NCBI RefSeq assembly: GCF_001194135.2
Contig: NC_069000.1
Span: forward strand, 23,729,390-23,793,389
Direction of reading: 5' to 3'
DNA: 64,000 bases
Source of the DNA: Octopus bimaculoides
Lineage: Eukaryota
Position 1 is the stretch's first letter. The number at the start of each line of letters is the position of its first letter. The notes under the pieces were generated by a model. That model searched no databases. It saw only the letters and a program-made list of their open reading frames with translations, and had not been told where the DNA came from. Shown in pieces: positions 38,079-50,800 of this stretch. The position numbers were made by a program, and so were the translations under genes.

Positions 38079-39850
38079 GGGGATGAGATGAGCTGGAAGG
38101 AAAGGGCTGTGACATCAACAGTCAAGGGGCTTGACCAGAAGAGGATAGGTGAGGGAAGGAAGACCAGGGTCATCTTCTTTTGCCTTGGATGCTCACAACA
38201 AACTGAGGTGAGGTGAGCGAGTTGATAGGGATGGTACTAGCAACTGATATTGTTAGGTGTGCAGGTTGGGCATGAGTTTTGGATTGAGTACCACTGGACA
38301 ACAAAAAATGAGAAGGTAGGCAAATTGTTTCTTATTTGTCAGCATTACAGTTCCCTCATACAACAAGCTATTTCAGCAATTGTGTAAAAGTATATTTCTC
38401 TGTTGTTGTTATCCCTGTTCACGTGATGACAGCAAAGATAAGGATCAGCAGCGATGCCGTCAGACCTTTCTATGGCGAAGGAGATGTACTGGCCTAGATC
38501 CGTAAGATCAAAGTAGTGGCCAGGCTGCAAGGCATTGATGATGTAGCAGCTCTCACGACCCTGTACTTGGAGGGAAGCACACTGACACTGTACCTTGAGA
38601 TGGACAAGGAAGACCAACCGAGCACGATGAAGACTGAGCAGTGCTTGAGGGAAGCTTATGCGGAGGGGATGTACAACATGTTTGCTAGGCTGGGAAAAGT
38701 CAGGTGGACAGGGGAACAGGTCGATTAGTATGCTATAGCAGCTTGGAGACTGGCCATACTGTCTGGTTTTACCAGAGAGAATCTAGAGAAGGCGGTACAA
38801 CTGGCCTTCATAAATGGCTTTTCCAATGATATATTGGTGCAACTGCAACAACTGCCAGGCAGCGAAAAAATGGCAATGAGCAAGCTCATCTTCCAAGCCT
38901 GCATGTTGACACAAAACACTGGGTGGACCAATAAAGAATGGGGAGAAGAAAACTGTCATGGAGCGACAGCATCTGTTCAAGGGCCAGTGCTTTAAGTGCC
39001 AGGGGCTGCACATGGTGAAGGACTGTGTGGAGATGAAGCCCAGATGCATTTGCTACTGGTGCAGGCAGACTGGGCATATCACTTGAAATTGCAGCCAGGG
39101 AAAAGGCCATGGAGAAGTTGCTGTCTCTCAAACTTCCCATGTTAGTGAGTAGAGGTGCTCATGCAGTTGCTGCCCGTTGTGGAAGTCTCGGTTGGGAAAA
39201 AAGCATTCAGAGTCTGTGTAGATACGGGCTGTATGACATCTCATGTGACAAAAAAATGGAAGGGAACGAGTAATGTTTGGGCAGTCGACAGGGTAGCTGC
39301 AACGTGGAGATAGCGGTGTGAGGCACAACACTGAAGCAGCGGGCGATTGTGATTGACCATATGGTAGATGGGGTTGACATGGTGATAGGGATGGATGCAA
39401 TCAACCACCCTGGAGGTGTCGGTGTTGGTGGAGACGTGGTTTCATTTGGTGGTGCAGGGGCGTCATGTGCCGTGAGTCTACAACATAAGAGGGAGCAGAG
39501 CCCCGTGAGGGACTGTACTGCTTATACCATTGTGAACAAAAATTTTGGGGTGGTGTTTGATGGTCAGTATGGATGGTAGAGTGGCACTGGAAAGGGAAGC
39601 CACAGATACTGAAGAACAGGCTGAGCTGCTACCAGCATACCTTGAAGAGACATGCCAGGAGTGAGTTTGAAGGAGAAGTACAGAGGTGGATTAAGGAAGG
39701 TGTCCTTATCTCGTGGAAGGAGGAGGTGGTGAGTGGAGTGCTACCACTAATGGTAGTGGTGCAGCCAACAAAGGGCAAAGTCAGGCTGGCACTGGACTTT
39801 CAGGAGATGAATGGCCATGTATTGTGCCACACAGGTGGTGAGGCAACTGA
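38073..39850 (+). mobile_element. Degenerate Gypsy-type LTR retrotransposon 5' half (LTR, gag, protease, RT start)
   Basis: TGTTGT...ACAACA LTR-like unit at 38073-38365. Gag has two zinc knuckles (CFKCQGLHMVKDC; CYWCRQTGHITxNC), protease VDTGC lies at about 39218, and RT begins WIKEGVL...PLMVVVQPTKGKVRLALDFQEMN. Stops and frameshifts are present. Confidence 0.85.
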
Positions 39851-39921
39851 TGTGACTAATTGGATAATTCCCTACTTTACTCTTCCTTATAACATTTTGA
39901 TGTTCAGTACATCCCAGACAT

Positions 39922-40078
39922 AGGAGTGGCTGTGTGGTAAGTAGCTTGCTTACGAACCACATGGTTCTGGGTTCAGTCCCACTGCATGGCACCTTGGGCA
40001 AGTGTCTTCTACTATAGCCTCGGGCCGACCAAAGCCTTCTGAGTGGATTTGGTAGACAGAAACTGAAAGAAACCCGTC
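39922..40078 (+). mobile_element. SINE family B 5' half (runs into gap)
   Basis: aggagtggctgtgtggtaagtagcttgc...ggttcagtcccactgcatggcaccttgggcaagtg. Confidence 0.92.
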
Positions 40079-41433
40079 NNNNNNNNNNNNNNNNNNNNNN
40101 NNNNNNNNNNNNNNNNNNNNNNNNNNNNNNNNNNNNNNNNNNNNNNNNNNNNNNNNNNNNNNNNNNNNNNNNNNNNNNNNNNNNNNNNNNNNNNNNNNNN
40201 NNNNNNNNNNNNNNNNNNNNNNNNNNNNNNNNNNNNNNNNNNNNNNNNNNNNNNNNNNNNNNNNNNNNNNNNNNNNNNNNNNNNNNNNNNNNNNNNNNNN
40301 NNNNNNNNNNNNNNNNNNNNNNNNNNNNNNNNNNNNNNNNNNNNNNNNNNNNNNNNNNNNNNNNNNNNNNNNNNNNNNNNNNNNNNNNNNNNNNNNNNNN
40401 NNNNNNNNNNNNNNNNNNNNNNNNNNNNNNNNNNNNNNNNNNNNNNNNNNNNNNNNNNNNNNNNNNNNNNNNNNNNNNNNNNNNNNNNNNNNNNNNNNNN
40501 NNNNNNNNNNNNNNNNNNNNNNNNNNNNNNNNNNNNNNNNNNNNNNNNNNNNNNNNNNNNNNNNNNNNNNNNNNNNNNNNNNNNNNNNNNNNNNNNNNNN
40601 NNNNNNNNNNNNNNNNNNNNNNNNNNNNNNNNNNNNNNNNNNNNNNNNNNNNNNNNNNNNNNNNNNNNNNNNNNNNNNNNNNNNNNNNNNNNNNNNNNNN
40701 NNNNNNNNNNNNNNNNNNNNNNNNNNNNNNNNNNNNNNNNNNNNNNNNNNNNNNNNNNNNNNNNNNNNNNNNNNNNNNNNNNNNNNNNNNNNNNNNNNNN
40801 NNNNNNNNNNNNNNNNNNNNNNNNNNNNNNNNNNNNNNNNNNNNNNNNNNNNNNNNNNNNNNNNNNNNNNNNNNNNNNNNNNNNNNNNNNNNNNNNNNNN
40901 NNNNNNNNNNNNNNNNNNNNNNNNNNNNNNNNNNNNNNNNNNNNNNNNNNNNNNNNNNNNNGAATCGACAGGCCAGCAACAGGCATGCAGGCAGCCAGAC
41001 AGATACTTCACTAGCAGTGAGCACTTTCACTTCTGACAGCTAATAGCATGATAGTGCCTAAAAATGAGTGAATAATTTACCCTAATTGACACAAACGAAT
41101 TTCGAAATTTAAGTGCAGACTAGAATATCCGAAGCTCAATACTTTTCCCAAATCTACTGATGTATGCACACATAATAGACACCGTTTCACGTTTAACAAG
41201 GGAGATAACCAGGCAACCATTCGTCACCGCATGTGGCAGCAAAAATCAGAGAAAACGTCAAGGTCGACGCTGTTTGTATTGTGTCTCTTAATACTTTACA
41301 CATTTTGAGTGTAACTAGTTAAAACATTTTTATAGTCAGACTACAGTGTACGGATTTGTGAATCAACTTTAACTTAAATACAAGAAGAAAAAAACAACAC
41401 ACACATTCACATAAAAAAGGAAAGAGAATAGCC

Positions 41434-41727
41434 ATGCAAACGACTGCAGCCACCGGTGGCCCTGAAATGGCTGATACAGAGACGATGATGAAACAATTTC
41501 GTGAGTTTTTATCTTCATACAACAAACTCTCATCCATGTGCTTTATAGACTGTGTGAATGACTTCACCACTCGCCAAGTGTTGGATAAGGAAAGCTCTTG
41601 TGCCATAAATTGTATGGAGAAATACTTAAAGATGACACAACGAATTACTCAGCGTTTTCAGGAATACCAGCTTCTACAGCAAGGCAACACTGGACCTTCT
41701 ATCCGGGACCTTACATCGCCGAAGTGA
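41434..41727 (+). CDS. TIMM9: Mitochondrial import inner membrane translocase subunit Tim9 (small Tim, twin CX3C)
   Basis: 97-aa intact ORF containing KQFREFLSSYNKLSSMCFIDCVNDFTTR...CAINCMEKYLKMTQRITQRFQEY, which matches the Tim9 signature (QFxEFLxxYNKL, CFxDCVxDFT, CxxKYLKMxQRIxxRFQE). An alternative in-frame ATG lies at 41467 (gaaATGg). Confidence 0.95.
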   Translation: MQTTAATGGPEMADTETMMKQFREFLSSYNKLSSMCFIDCVNDFTTRQVLDKESSCAINCMEKYLKMTQRITQRFQEYQLLQQGNTGPSIRDLTSPK

Positions 41728-42150
41728 GACAGAGTGATCGGGATAATATGTTCTGATTTTTGAATGCTTTTTGTCTGTGCAGGAATTCGTGTGCTGTGGA
41801 GGTTTCTCCCCTGTTGAGACACAAGTTTATATATGACATTCTTGCCGTTTTTAATGGTAACAGCAACATAACATGAAACCAGTGGAAACATAACCACGGC
41901 ATCTGCGCGTACACATCAACATTCACATATATACCCACAGATAAAGCAACGTCTTCAAAGTTTTCTTCAGTAGAGACTTTCTTTGAAATCTATTCCAATT
42001 TCATGTGATATAGTTCCCTGATTTCTACATTTTTGTTTATTGTTTTGATAAAATGAGAGAAGAGACGTAATTAAAATGTTATCATTTGATAAGGTGTAAT
42101 TAATTTTGTAAACCAGAATTAGTGGAGAAAAATTGTATTTTAGAGGAATA

Positions 42151-42905
42151 TGGGGCGGAGTTAAAGGACATGGACCGCACCTCCCTTTCAGTTATTTGTT
42201 ATTTTATTTTTTCCTACAGAAACCCATCTTTTCGACTGCGGAGATTCCGAATCAGCTAAAAAGATCGGCATTTCAAAATTTTAATTCCCATTCCCCAGTT
42301 TTTCACTTTTTTTNNNNNNNNNNNNNNNNNNNNNNNNNNNNNNNNNNNNNNNNNNNNNNNNNNNNNNNNNNNNNNNNNNNNNNNNNNNNNNNNNNNNNNN
42401 NNNNNNNNNNNNNNNNNNNNNNNNNNNNNNNNNNNNNNNNNNNNNNNNNNNNNNNNNNNNNNNNNNNNNNNNNNNNNNNNNNNNNNNNNNNNNNNNNNNN
42501 NNNNNNNNNNNNNNNNNNNNNNNNNNNNNNNNNNNNNNNNNNNNNNNNNNNNNNNNNNNNNNNNNNNNNNNNNNNNNNNNNNNNNNNNNNNNNNNNNNNN
42601 NNNNNNNNNNNNNNNNNNNNNNNNNNNNNNNNNNNNNNNNNNNNNNNNNNNNNNNNNNNNNNNNNNNNNNNNNNNNNNNNNNNNNNNNNNNNNNNNNNNN
42701 NNNNNNNNNNNNNNNNNNNNNNNNNNNNNNNNNNNNNNNNNNNNNNNNNNNNNNNNNNNNNNNNNNNNNNNNNNNNNNNNNNNNNNNNNNNNNNNNNNTT
42801 TTTTTTTGCAGATTCGGAATCTCTGCAGTCGAAAAGGTGGGTTTCTGTAGGAAACAAAACAAAAAAGAAACCGAAGGGGTGGCGTCCATGTCCTTTCCCT
42901 CCGCT
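42151..42905. mobile_element. Long-TIR foldback/MITE element spanning the gap 42314-42798 (same family as 15439-16473)
   Basis: ggggcggagttaaaggacatggaccgc...gactgcggagattccgaatc, mirrored by gattcggaatctctgcagtcgaaaaggtggg...catgtcctttccctccgc. Confidence 0.85.
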
Positions 42906-43672
42906 GAATATAGATCTTGAGTAACAATCAAATAAAAATCATTTGTGGACTAGTTTGAATTTATTTCGCCTAAACATTAATTGTCTACTGAATTACATTA
43001 GGTAAGTTTTTTGTAAGAAAAGCACTCTTCACATACAAATGATGTAGGACTAATTAACGAAATATGCATTATAGTATTTGAATGCCTTCGGCTCTGTAGA
43101 ACTACGACCGATCAGTACAAGATTTCCGAACAGCAAATCCAGCAATATCCTTCGATAGTATATTTTTAATTCAAGAATAAATGACAGTTGTTCATTGCAA
43201 CAGATCCACCGATCTTGTGGACTTCCTCTTCTTGTAACCACTCCAGTACCACTTACAAGTATACCAGCCGTCTTCGCAACCAGTATATTTATCTAAACTT
43301 ACATTAAATAACAGTAATTTGATAAATTTGAAGGTCACGTTGCACGTGCTTTAAAATGAAATTATTTTTGTTTATTTTGAAGACTTCGTTATTTAAACAA
43401 TAATTTAAAAGTTGTTCCGATGCTTCAATATTTCGAATATAATTGCGCCGCTGTTTTTCTCTATCAACAATACACACAATGAATTACATTTAAAATTTTA
43501 TAGCAGACTTTCGGATCAGGATGCCCACATTAAGTTGGATTTTCTCCGTTTTTACGGGGATTTTCCCAAAATTCCTACTAACTCTCGTATATAAAATTAG
43601 CTTTTGTCCCATTTTACCATTTCTCCTCTGTTAATGTTTTTTGTATCAAGGTGAATTAAAAGTTGGTGGACA

Positions 43673-44636
43673 TTGGAATAAGACACTGAGGGAAAATGGC
43701 TGTAACTTTTTTATTTTTTAATTTTGACGATTTTCGTTTTCGATAATGTGTTCTATATGTCACGGTCATGCGATTCCCCCTAAAAAAAAAATTTTGGACC
43801 CCCTTCCCCCCACANNNNNNNNNNNNNNNNNNNNNNNNNNNNNNNNNNNNNNNNNNNNNNNNNNNNNNNNNNNNNNNNNNNNNNNNNNNNNNNNNNNNNN
43901 NNNNNNNNNNNNNNNNNNNNNNNNNNNNNNNNNNNNNNNNNNNNNNNNNNNNNNNNNNNNNNNNNNNNNNNNNNNNNNNNNNNNNNNNNNNNNNNNNNNN
44001 NNNNNNNNNNNNNNNNNNNNNNNNNNNNNNNNNNNNNNNNNNNNNNNNNNNNNNNNNNNNNNNNNNNNNNNNNNNNNNNNNNNNNNNNNNNNNNNNNNNN
44101 NNNNNNNNNNNNNNNNNNNNNNNNNNNNNNNNNNNNNNNNNNNNNNNNNNNNNNNNNNNNNNNNNNNNNNNNNNNNNNNNNNNNNNNNNNNNNNNNNNNN
44201 NNNNNNNNNNNNNNNNNNNNNNNNNNNNNNNNNNNNNNNNNNNNNNNNNNNNNNNNNNNNNNNNNNNNNNNNNNNNNNNNNNNNNNNNNNNNNNNNNNNN
44301 NNNNNNNNNNNNNNNNNNNNNNNNNNNNNNNNNNNNNNNNNNNNNNNNNNNNNNNNNNNNNNNNNNNNNNNNNNNNNNNNNNNNNNNNNNNNNNNNNNNN
44401 NNNNNNNNNNNNNNNNNNNNNNNNNNNNNNNNNNNNNNNNNNNNNNNNNNNNNNNNNNNNNNNNNNNNNNNNNNNNNNNNNNNNNNNTATCAAGTGTGGG
44501 AAGGGGGGGGTCCAAAATTTTTTTAAGGGGGAATCGTACGACCGTGACATATAGAACACATTATCGAAAACGAAAATCGCCAAAATTAAAAAATAAAAAA
44601 GTTACAGCCATTTCCCCTCACTGTCTAATTCCAATA
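43673..44636. mobile_element. Long-TIR element (at least 140-bp arms) spanning the gap 43815-44487
   Basis: attggaataagacactgagggaaaatggctgtaac...ttttggacccc, mirrored by ggggtccaaaa...gttacagccatttcccctcactgtctaattccaat. Confidence 0.85.
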
Positions 44637-44789
44637 AGTTTGTAGAACGAACTTTAGAACACTTCAAATCGTTTTTTTACTATGATATATAAATTAATAA
44701 TGTCACTCTAATATATTACTTTTTCAATATAACCATACTGGGTAATTGCTCATTTTAGTTACATAGAAAAAAATAAAATTAAGGGAAGA

Positions 44790-45215
44790 TTAGTACTAAA
44801 AGAAGCCGCATTTTATACAGCATAAAGACTGGCGATCGCTGCCAAAAAGTGAACAAATGTCATGCATATATGAAACAAGCAATTCGTCCGATGTCCCAAA
44901 CTGTCGTCTCAACTTCCGTTTCACCCGCATCCACATATTTTCCACATTTTGTGTGTGGACGTCTTGACCGTGAAGATCAAACAAAATGTTGGTGTATAAT
45001 CACCTCGTGCGTGTAGGCACCACCATTGAGCATACCAATGTTATTATATGCTCGCCATCCATCGCTGACTATGTGAGACCCGGGCAAAATCCACCTTTGT
45101 ATCAGCTCAGTTAAAGTTTCTTCTGTGCGGTCAGGTACTTCGACCAAAAAGCACTTTCTTGAGGCTCTGTATGCCACTAAATACCCAATGTCCCTTTGCT
45201 TCTTTTATTACTTAT
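44790..45215 (-). mobile_element. Merlin/IS1595 (ISXO2-like) DDE transposase fragment, frameshifted
   Basis: KGHWVFSGIQ/RASRKCFLVEVPDRTEETLTELIQRWILPGSHIVSDGWRAY...HEVIIHQHFV/D...HTQNVENMWMRVKRKL matches the ISXO2 motifs WVFG, VPDR, SDxWxAY and HTQxIExxW. Confidence 0.85.
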
Positions 45216-46020
45216 CTCTCTCTTAATTTTTTATTTAACTAAACTGAACAATTATGCCAATCATTTAATTTTCACTACAAAACGTGTTTTTTTTTAAAAT
45301 TCTATTACCACGAACTTCGTATTTCATTTTCACCGGTTTTAGTCAATTATATGAAAAGATCCGATTATATAGACCTATATTATTTATCATAATCGAATTG
45401 TTTAGGGTCTGTCATACATGGACTTAACTTGGTACTAAATACAAGTTATTTTCGTCATAGTATATTATTTATTGTTAATCATCCATAAATTTACTTCAAT
45501 TTTGTCTTTTTTTAAAAATATCAATTGCAATATAGTTTCCCAGTTCGCTGGCATTTTTAAAATTGTAAGATCATTAAAATTTCTCTATTTTTGTTGCTAA
45601 ACAATGAAATGATCGAGTTTCTCGGGTGTTGTACGTGAAGGAAATATTTTAATCCATTAATATGATAAATTGTGACAGAAAATGGAAGTTATTTTCCGAT
45701 TTTCATTTCGGGAATAAACCTTATTTCTGAACTTTGTAACAGCTTTTGGTAAAGCTTGAATTCTTCACCATATAAGCAAATGTCCAGTCCCTTAATCTTC
45801 TAGTCATTGCGCTATCTAACTGTAGAATATTTTAAAAACTCATAAAAATATTCGAACTTGCAAAGAACAATTAAATCTACATTTTCTTGGGGAATATGAC
45901 AACCATTTTTCTGGGTGTTAACTGAAAAGTTTGGTTCATAGTTAACCCTAATCAATAGACATTCCGATCTTGGGTTTTAATTAGTTCTTCAATTCTTAAT
46001 GAAGTCTGTTACTCCTCTTT

Positions 46021-46398
46021 CTTTACTCTTTTACTTATTTCAGTCATTTGACTGCGGCCATGCTGGAGCACCGCCTTTAGTCGAGCAAATCGACCCCAGG
46101 ACTTATTCTTTGTAAGCCTAGTACTTATTCTATCGGTCTCTTTGCTGAACCACTAGGTTACGGGGGCGTAAACACACCAACATCGGTTGTCAAGCGATGG
46201 TGGGGGGACAAACACCGACACACACATATATATACACATATACGACTGGCTTCTTTCAGTTTCCGTCTACCAAATCTACTCAGAAGGCTTTGGTCGGCCC
46301 GAGGCTATAGTAGAAGACACTTGCCCAAGGTGCCACACAGTGGGACTGAACCCAGAACCATGTGGTTGGTAAGCAAGCTACTTACCACACAGCCACTC
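46021..46398 (-). mobile_element. SINE family B, full length
   Basis: Complete head (A and B boxes), CORE-like ccttgggcaagtg, central (CA/TA) tract and 3' gactgaaataagtaaaagag tail. Confidence 0.93.
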
Positions 46399-46759
46399 TT
46401 GTTCAATATTTTTTTATTCTTTTCAATAAAGATACTCATCCTTTTTCCTAAGTTTTCTCTGATGACATTCTTTTACCATTTTCTCTTTCAGCTGTAACCT
46501 TTGCATATTGATAACAAAACGGTCTTTCTTGATCCTCTGTTCTCAAAATCTTGAGCTGCAGAACCTTTGAAATTTCTACATTAAAGTTTCTCTCACACTC
46601 ATTCTCTCTTGCCCTGGACTAATATTTTTATTTCTGCTCTGCATATTTCCAGATAACTTTTTGACGTTCCTAACATTAACTCAATATTTTAACACACATT
46701 TTTTTTTGTGTCAAATTTTGATATAGGTTAGAGTTGTTGGTACAAATATGTTCTTCTAT

Positions 46760-47400
46760 ATCAGCAGGATACATGTTACTGCAACTGTAAGGACCTCTCT
46801 TTAGTTCCCTCAACACCATCCATCTTTGGCTACTTGCTTCCAGTTTAGACATGTAACTTAGTCAAAGTCATCCTGCCATCTTTGTTTTGGATGTCTTCTC
46901 AAATGCATGTAGTCACAATGGCCCATTCTATCACCTATTTTGTTCACCTGCTTGTGCTTTTACCACTTGATTTTGTGAAATATGTCAATAACTCCCGTTT
47001 TCTATTTGATCCATCTTTTGCCATGCAGTGTCAGTCTCATTATTAGAGATTCCATTTTGCATTGGGTGAGGATTGTTCTTTGTTCAGTAACCAAGTTTCA
47101 CTAATTGGGTGCTTTCTTTATAAACCTTAATGGCATGCTTCTATTTCTCATGATGGAGTCTAGTTTTACCAAATGCAATCCAGCTCAGGCTGATTCTACT
47201 TCACATCTCCTGCTCTTGCTGACAGTCTTTTGTCACCAACTGTCTCAGGTAAATGTAGACATAAATTTCTTAATGCATCTCTTGTTGATGCTAATGCTGC
47301 TGTCTATTTTTCTTTTTTGCAGTGGACTTGCATATGACTTTAGTTTTTCTTAAGTGCATATATTTAAGCTTGCTACTATCATGGATATCTTGTAGCCTTT
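46760..47400 (-). mobile_element. Old RTE LINE 3' coding remnant
   Basis: Minus-strand RRHPKQRWQDDFD resembles the GRPxxRWxDD motif; otherwise degenerate. Confidence 0.5.
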
Positions 47401-47814
47401 TCCATAGTTCTGAGATCAATACTCATTGGCAGTGAGATAAGTATTTGCCATTTATTTTTGTACCTGTTTTCCTTGTTTATCTTTCATATTCTTTTGTCTT
47501 TTCCTTGTTTCAGTCATTAGACTGTGGCTATGCTGGGGCACCACCTTGAATTTTTCATCAAATGAATCAACCACAGTACTTTTTTTTTTGCTCAGTACTA
47601 TCTATCAGTTTCTTTTGCTGAACCATTACATTATGGGGACATAAACATATCAATACTGGTTGTCAAGCAGTGGTGGGGGACAGATGCAGAGACACAACAC
47701 ACACAGTGTACTGTTTCATGTTTGTAAGATTGACAAAATAAGTACACCATCTGGTAAGAGATAAATACTATATATAGAGAGATGTGTAGATTTGTGCTGC
47801 ATCCAAGAAGTAAG

Positions 47815-50800
47815 GTGGAGAGGAAGTTCTGCTGGGTTCCTCACAGGCAAAGAACATAGGTATAAGATTTTCTGGGCAGGGAACACTAACGGGGTTGGTG
47901 AGTGTGGGTATACTTCTTGCAGAGAAATGGGTTGGTAAGGTAATCGAGGTAGTCAGAGTCTGTGATAGAATACTTGAGATTAGATTAGTGCTGCAACATG
48001 GGTTAGCAACCATTATCTCAGCTTATGCCCCTCAGCCAGGGCCACCTGAGGAACAGAAAGACTGATTTTATGACACCCTCTTGCAGACTACCTCATTGAC
48101 AAATGACAGGGATCTTCTGATTGTGGCTGGCGACTTCAGTGGGCATGTTGGATAACTTGCAGGGGGCTTCCATGGAGGCCATGATTTGAGAACCAGGCTG
48201 CTGGAGTTCTGTGATGCAAATGATCTTATGGTTTGTAATACTAACTTCAGGAAATCTGCCAGTCACCTATTCACCTACCACTCTGGTGGACACACTAGTC
48301 AAATTGATTACATCTTTGCCAGGAAACAGGAGAGATGGCTACTTACAAATGCCAAAACCTACCTAGGTGAAGAATGCACCCCACAACATAGATAAGTAGT
48401 TAGTGACTTCAGGATCAGGGCTAAATGGATGCCCAGAAGAGAAGGGTCTGGAAGCTTAAGGATCCTGTAAATGAACTGAGATTTAGAGACATATTACTCA
48501 AAGCTTTTGATGAAATAGAGGGGAATATAGCTTCACATGATGTGGATGCCAACTGGAGGTTCCTACGAGACAACCTGTTGAAGGCTACTGACCAGATCTG
48601 TGGGTGGTGCCAAAATCCCCTCTCGACCCAAGGTAACGTGGTGGTGGAACAATGAAGTGGACGGCCATTAGGGAAAAGAAACAGGCACGGAAGGACTGGA
48701 AGAATGGTAGTAGCTGGGAATTGTATCAGATTGCCAGAATGGAAGCTAGGAGACAGATTTACTTAGCCACAGGGGAAGCTGATAAGAAAAAATTCTGCAT
48801 CGAGAGGACCAAAAAGTTCTGCACCATGAGGACCAAAGACTTGAAGAGTTTTGTGTTGCAAGACAGTGTGTGAGAGAGAATCATGATGTCATAGGAGAGA
48901 AATGTGTCCGAATGGATGATGGCTCACTTGCATGTAATGAAGCTGCAAAGAGACTTGGAGACGCCACTATGAAAGGTTGCTAAATGAATGGGAGAAAGAG
49001 AGTCTGCTGAATATCAACCCAAAAGAGCGACCAGCTACCGAATTGACAGTACCTTGGTAGATAAAGCAATTAAGGTTATGAAGACAGGGAAAGCCCTCGG
49101 CCTATCAGGAATCACCGCAGAGATGCTTAAAATATCTGGTGGTGTCGGCTACAGTCTAGTCACCTGTATAGTCAATCAGGTGATGCATGAAGGAGTCATA
49201 CCCAATGACTGGTGTAGCATCATCATAGTCAACTCCTACAAAGGTAAAGGTGATGTAATTGATACAAATAATTATAGAGGTTTTAAGTTGTTGGATCAGG
49301 TAATGAAAGTCACAGAGATGGTCATAGCCCGACTAATTAGGGAAAGAGTCAGTTTAGATAAGATGCAGTTAGGGTTTGTGCCAAGGAAAAGCACCACTGA
49401 TGCTATATTTCTGGTAAGACAGCTGCAAGAGAAATACCTAGCCAAAGATAAACCTCTGTACTTGGCTTTCGTTGACATGGAGAAAGCCTTTGACAGGGTT
49501 CCCCGATCCCTTACCTGGTGGTCAATGAGGAAACTAGGGATAGATGAATGGTTGGTGAGAGCTATATAAGCCATGTACAGGGATACTGTCAGTAAGGTGA
49601 GGGTTTGCAACCAGTATAGTGAAGGATTCTGGGTAGGGGTAGGGCCCCACCAAGGATCAGTCCTCAGACCCTTATTCACCATATTCCTCTAGGCAATAAC
49701 AGAGGAAATCAAGACAGGACCCCCCTGGGAGCTTCTCTATGCTGATGACCTTGCTCTAATAACTGAGTCATTATCAGAACTAGAGAAATTTCAGATGTGG
49801 ATGCAAGGTATAGAATCAAAGAGCTTTAGAGTCAATCTAGCAAAAACCAAAGTCTTAATAAGTAGGAAAGCAGACAAATCACAAATCCCTTCAGTTAGAT
49901 GGCCTTGCTCGATCTGTAGAAACTCCATAAGATGTATCCAGTGTAAGCTATGGACACATAAGAGGTGCAGCAACATCAAAGGAAGGCTAACTGGGAAGAT
50001 AGTTTTTGTCTGTGGCTCATGGGCAATAAACACTGAAAATGTGCAGAAAACAGCTTCTGTCACATGCCAAGGGAAAAAAATTAAAAGTAATTGATAGCTT
50101 CCGTTACCTAGGTGACCAAGTCAGTAGCGAGGGTTGGGGTGGATGCTCTGAAAGTGTAGCTGCTAGAATGAGAATAGCCTGGGCAAAGTTTAGAGAGCTC
50201 TTACCTCTGCTGGTGACAAAGGGCCTCTCGCTCAGAGTCAAAGGCAGACTGTATGATGCAGGTGTGCGAATAACCATGCTACATAGCAGTGAAACATGGG
50301 CCATGACTGCTGAGGACAAGTGTTAGCTAGCAAGGAATGAAGCCAGTATGCTCCACTGGATGTGTAATGTTGATGTGCATACACGACAGAGTGTAAGTGC
50401 CCTGAGAAAAAAGTTGGACATAAGAAGCATCAGTTGTGGTGTGCAAGAGAGACGACTGCGCTGGTATGGTCATGTGTTGTGTATGGATGAGGACAGCTGT
50501 ATGAAAAAGTGTCACAACCTAGCAGTTGAGGGAACCTGTGGAAGAGGTAGAGCCAGGAACACCTGGGATGAGGTGGTGAAGCACGATCTTCAAACATTGG
50601 GTCTCATGGAGGCGATGACAAGTGACTGAGACCTTTGGAGATATGCTGTGCTTGAGAAGACCTGGCAAGCCAAGTGAGACCATAACCATGGCCTATGCCA
50701 GTGCAGCATAACTGGCCCATCTAAGAGTAGCCTTCAATCATTGGGCAATAAACTGCACTTGCAAAGACTTGTTGAATCAAGTGAAGTCATTGTGGCTGAT

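Noticed and set aside
39922-39995. tRNA gene (also the heads at 10507, 20682, 46398 and 51885)
   Set aside because: A and B boxes are present, but no complete cloverleaf is evident and each runs directly into a SINE body.
43190-43293. Cys/Trp-rich peptide KYTGCEDGWYTCKWYWSGYKKR as a neuropeptide or antimicrobial peptide
   Set aside because: No start codon or signal peptide is linked to it, the acceptor is weak, and I recognise no family; it is indistinguishable from chance without expression data.
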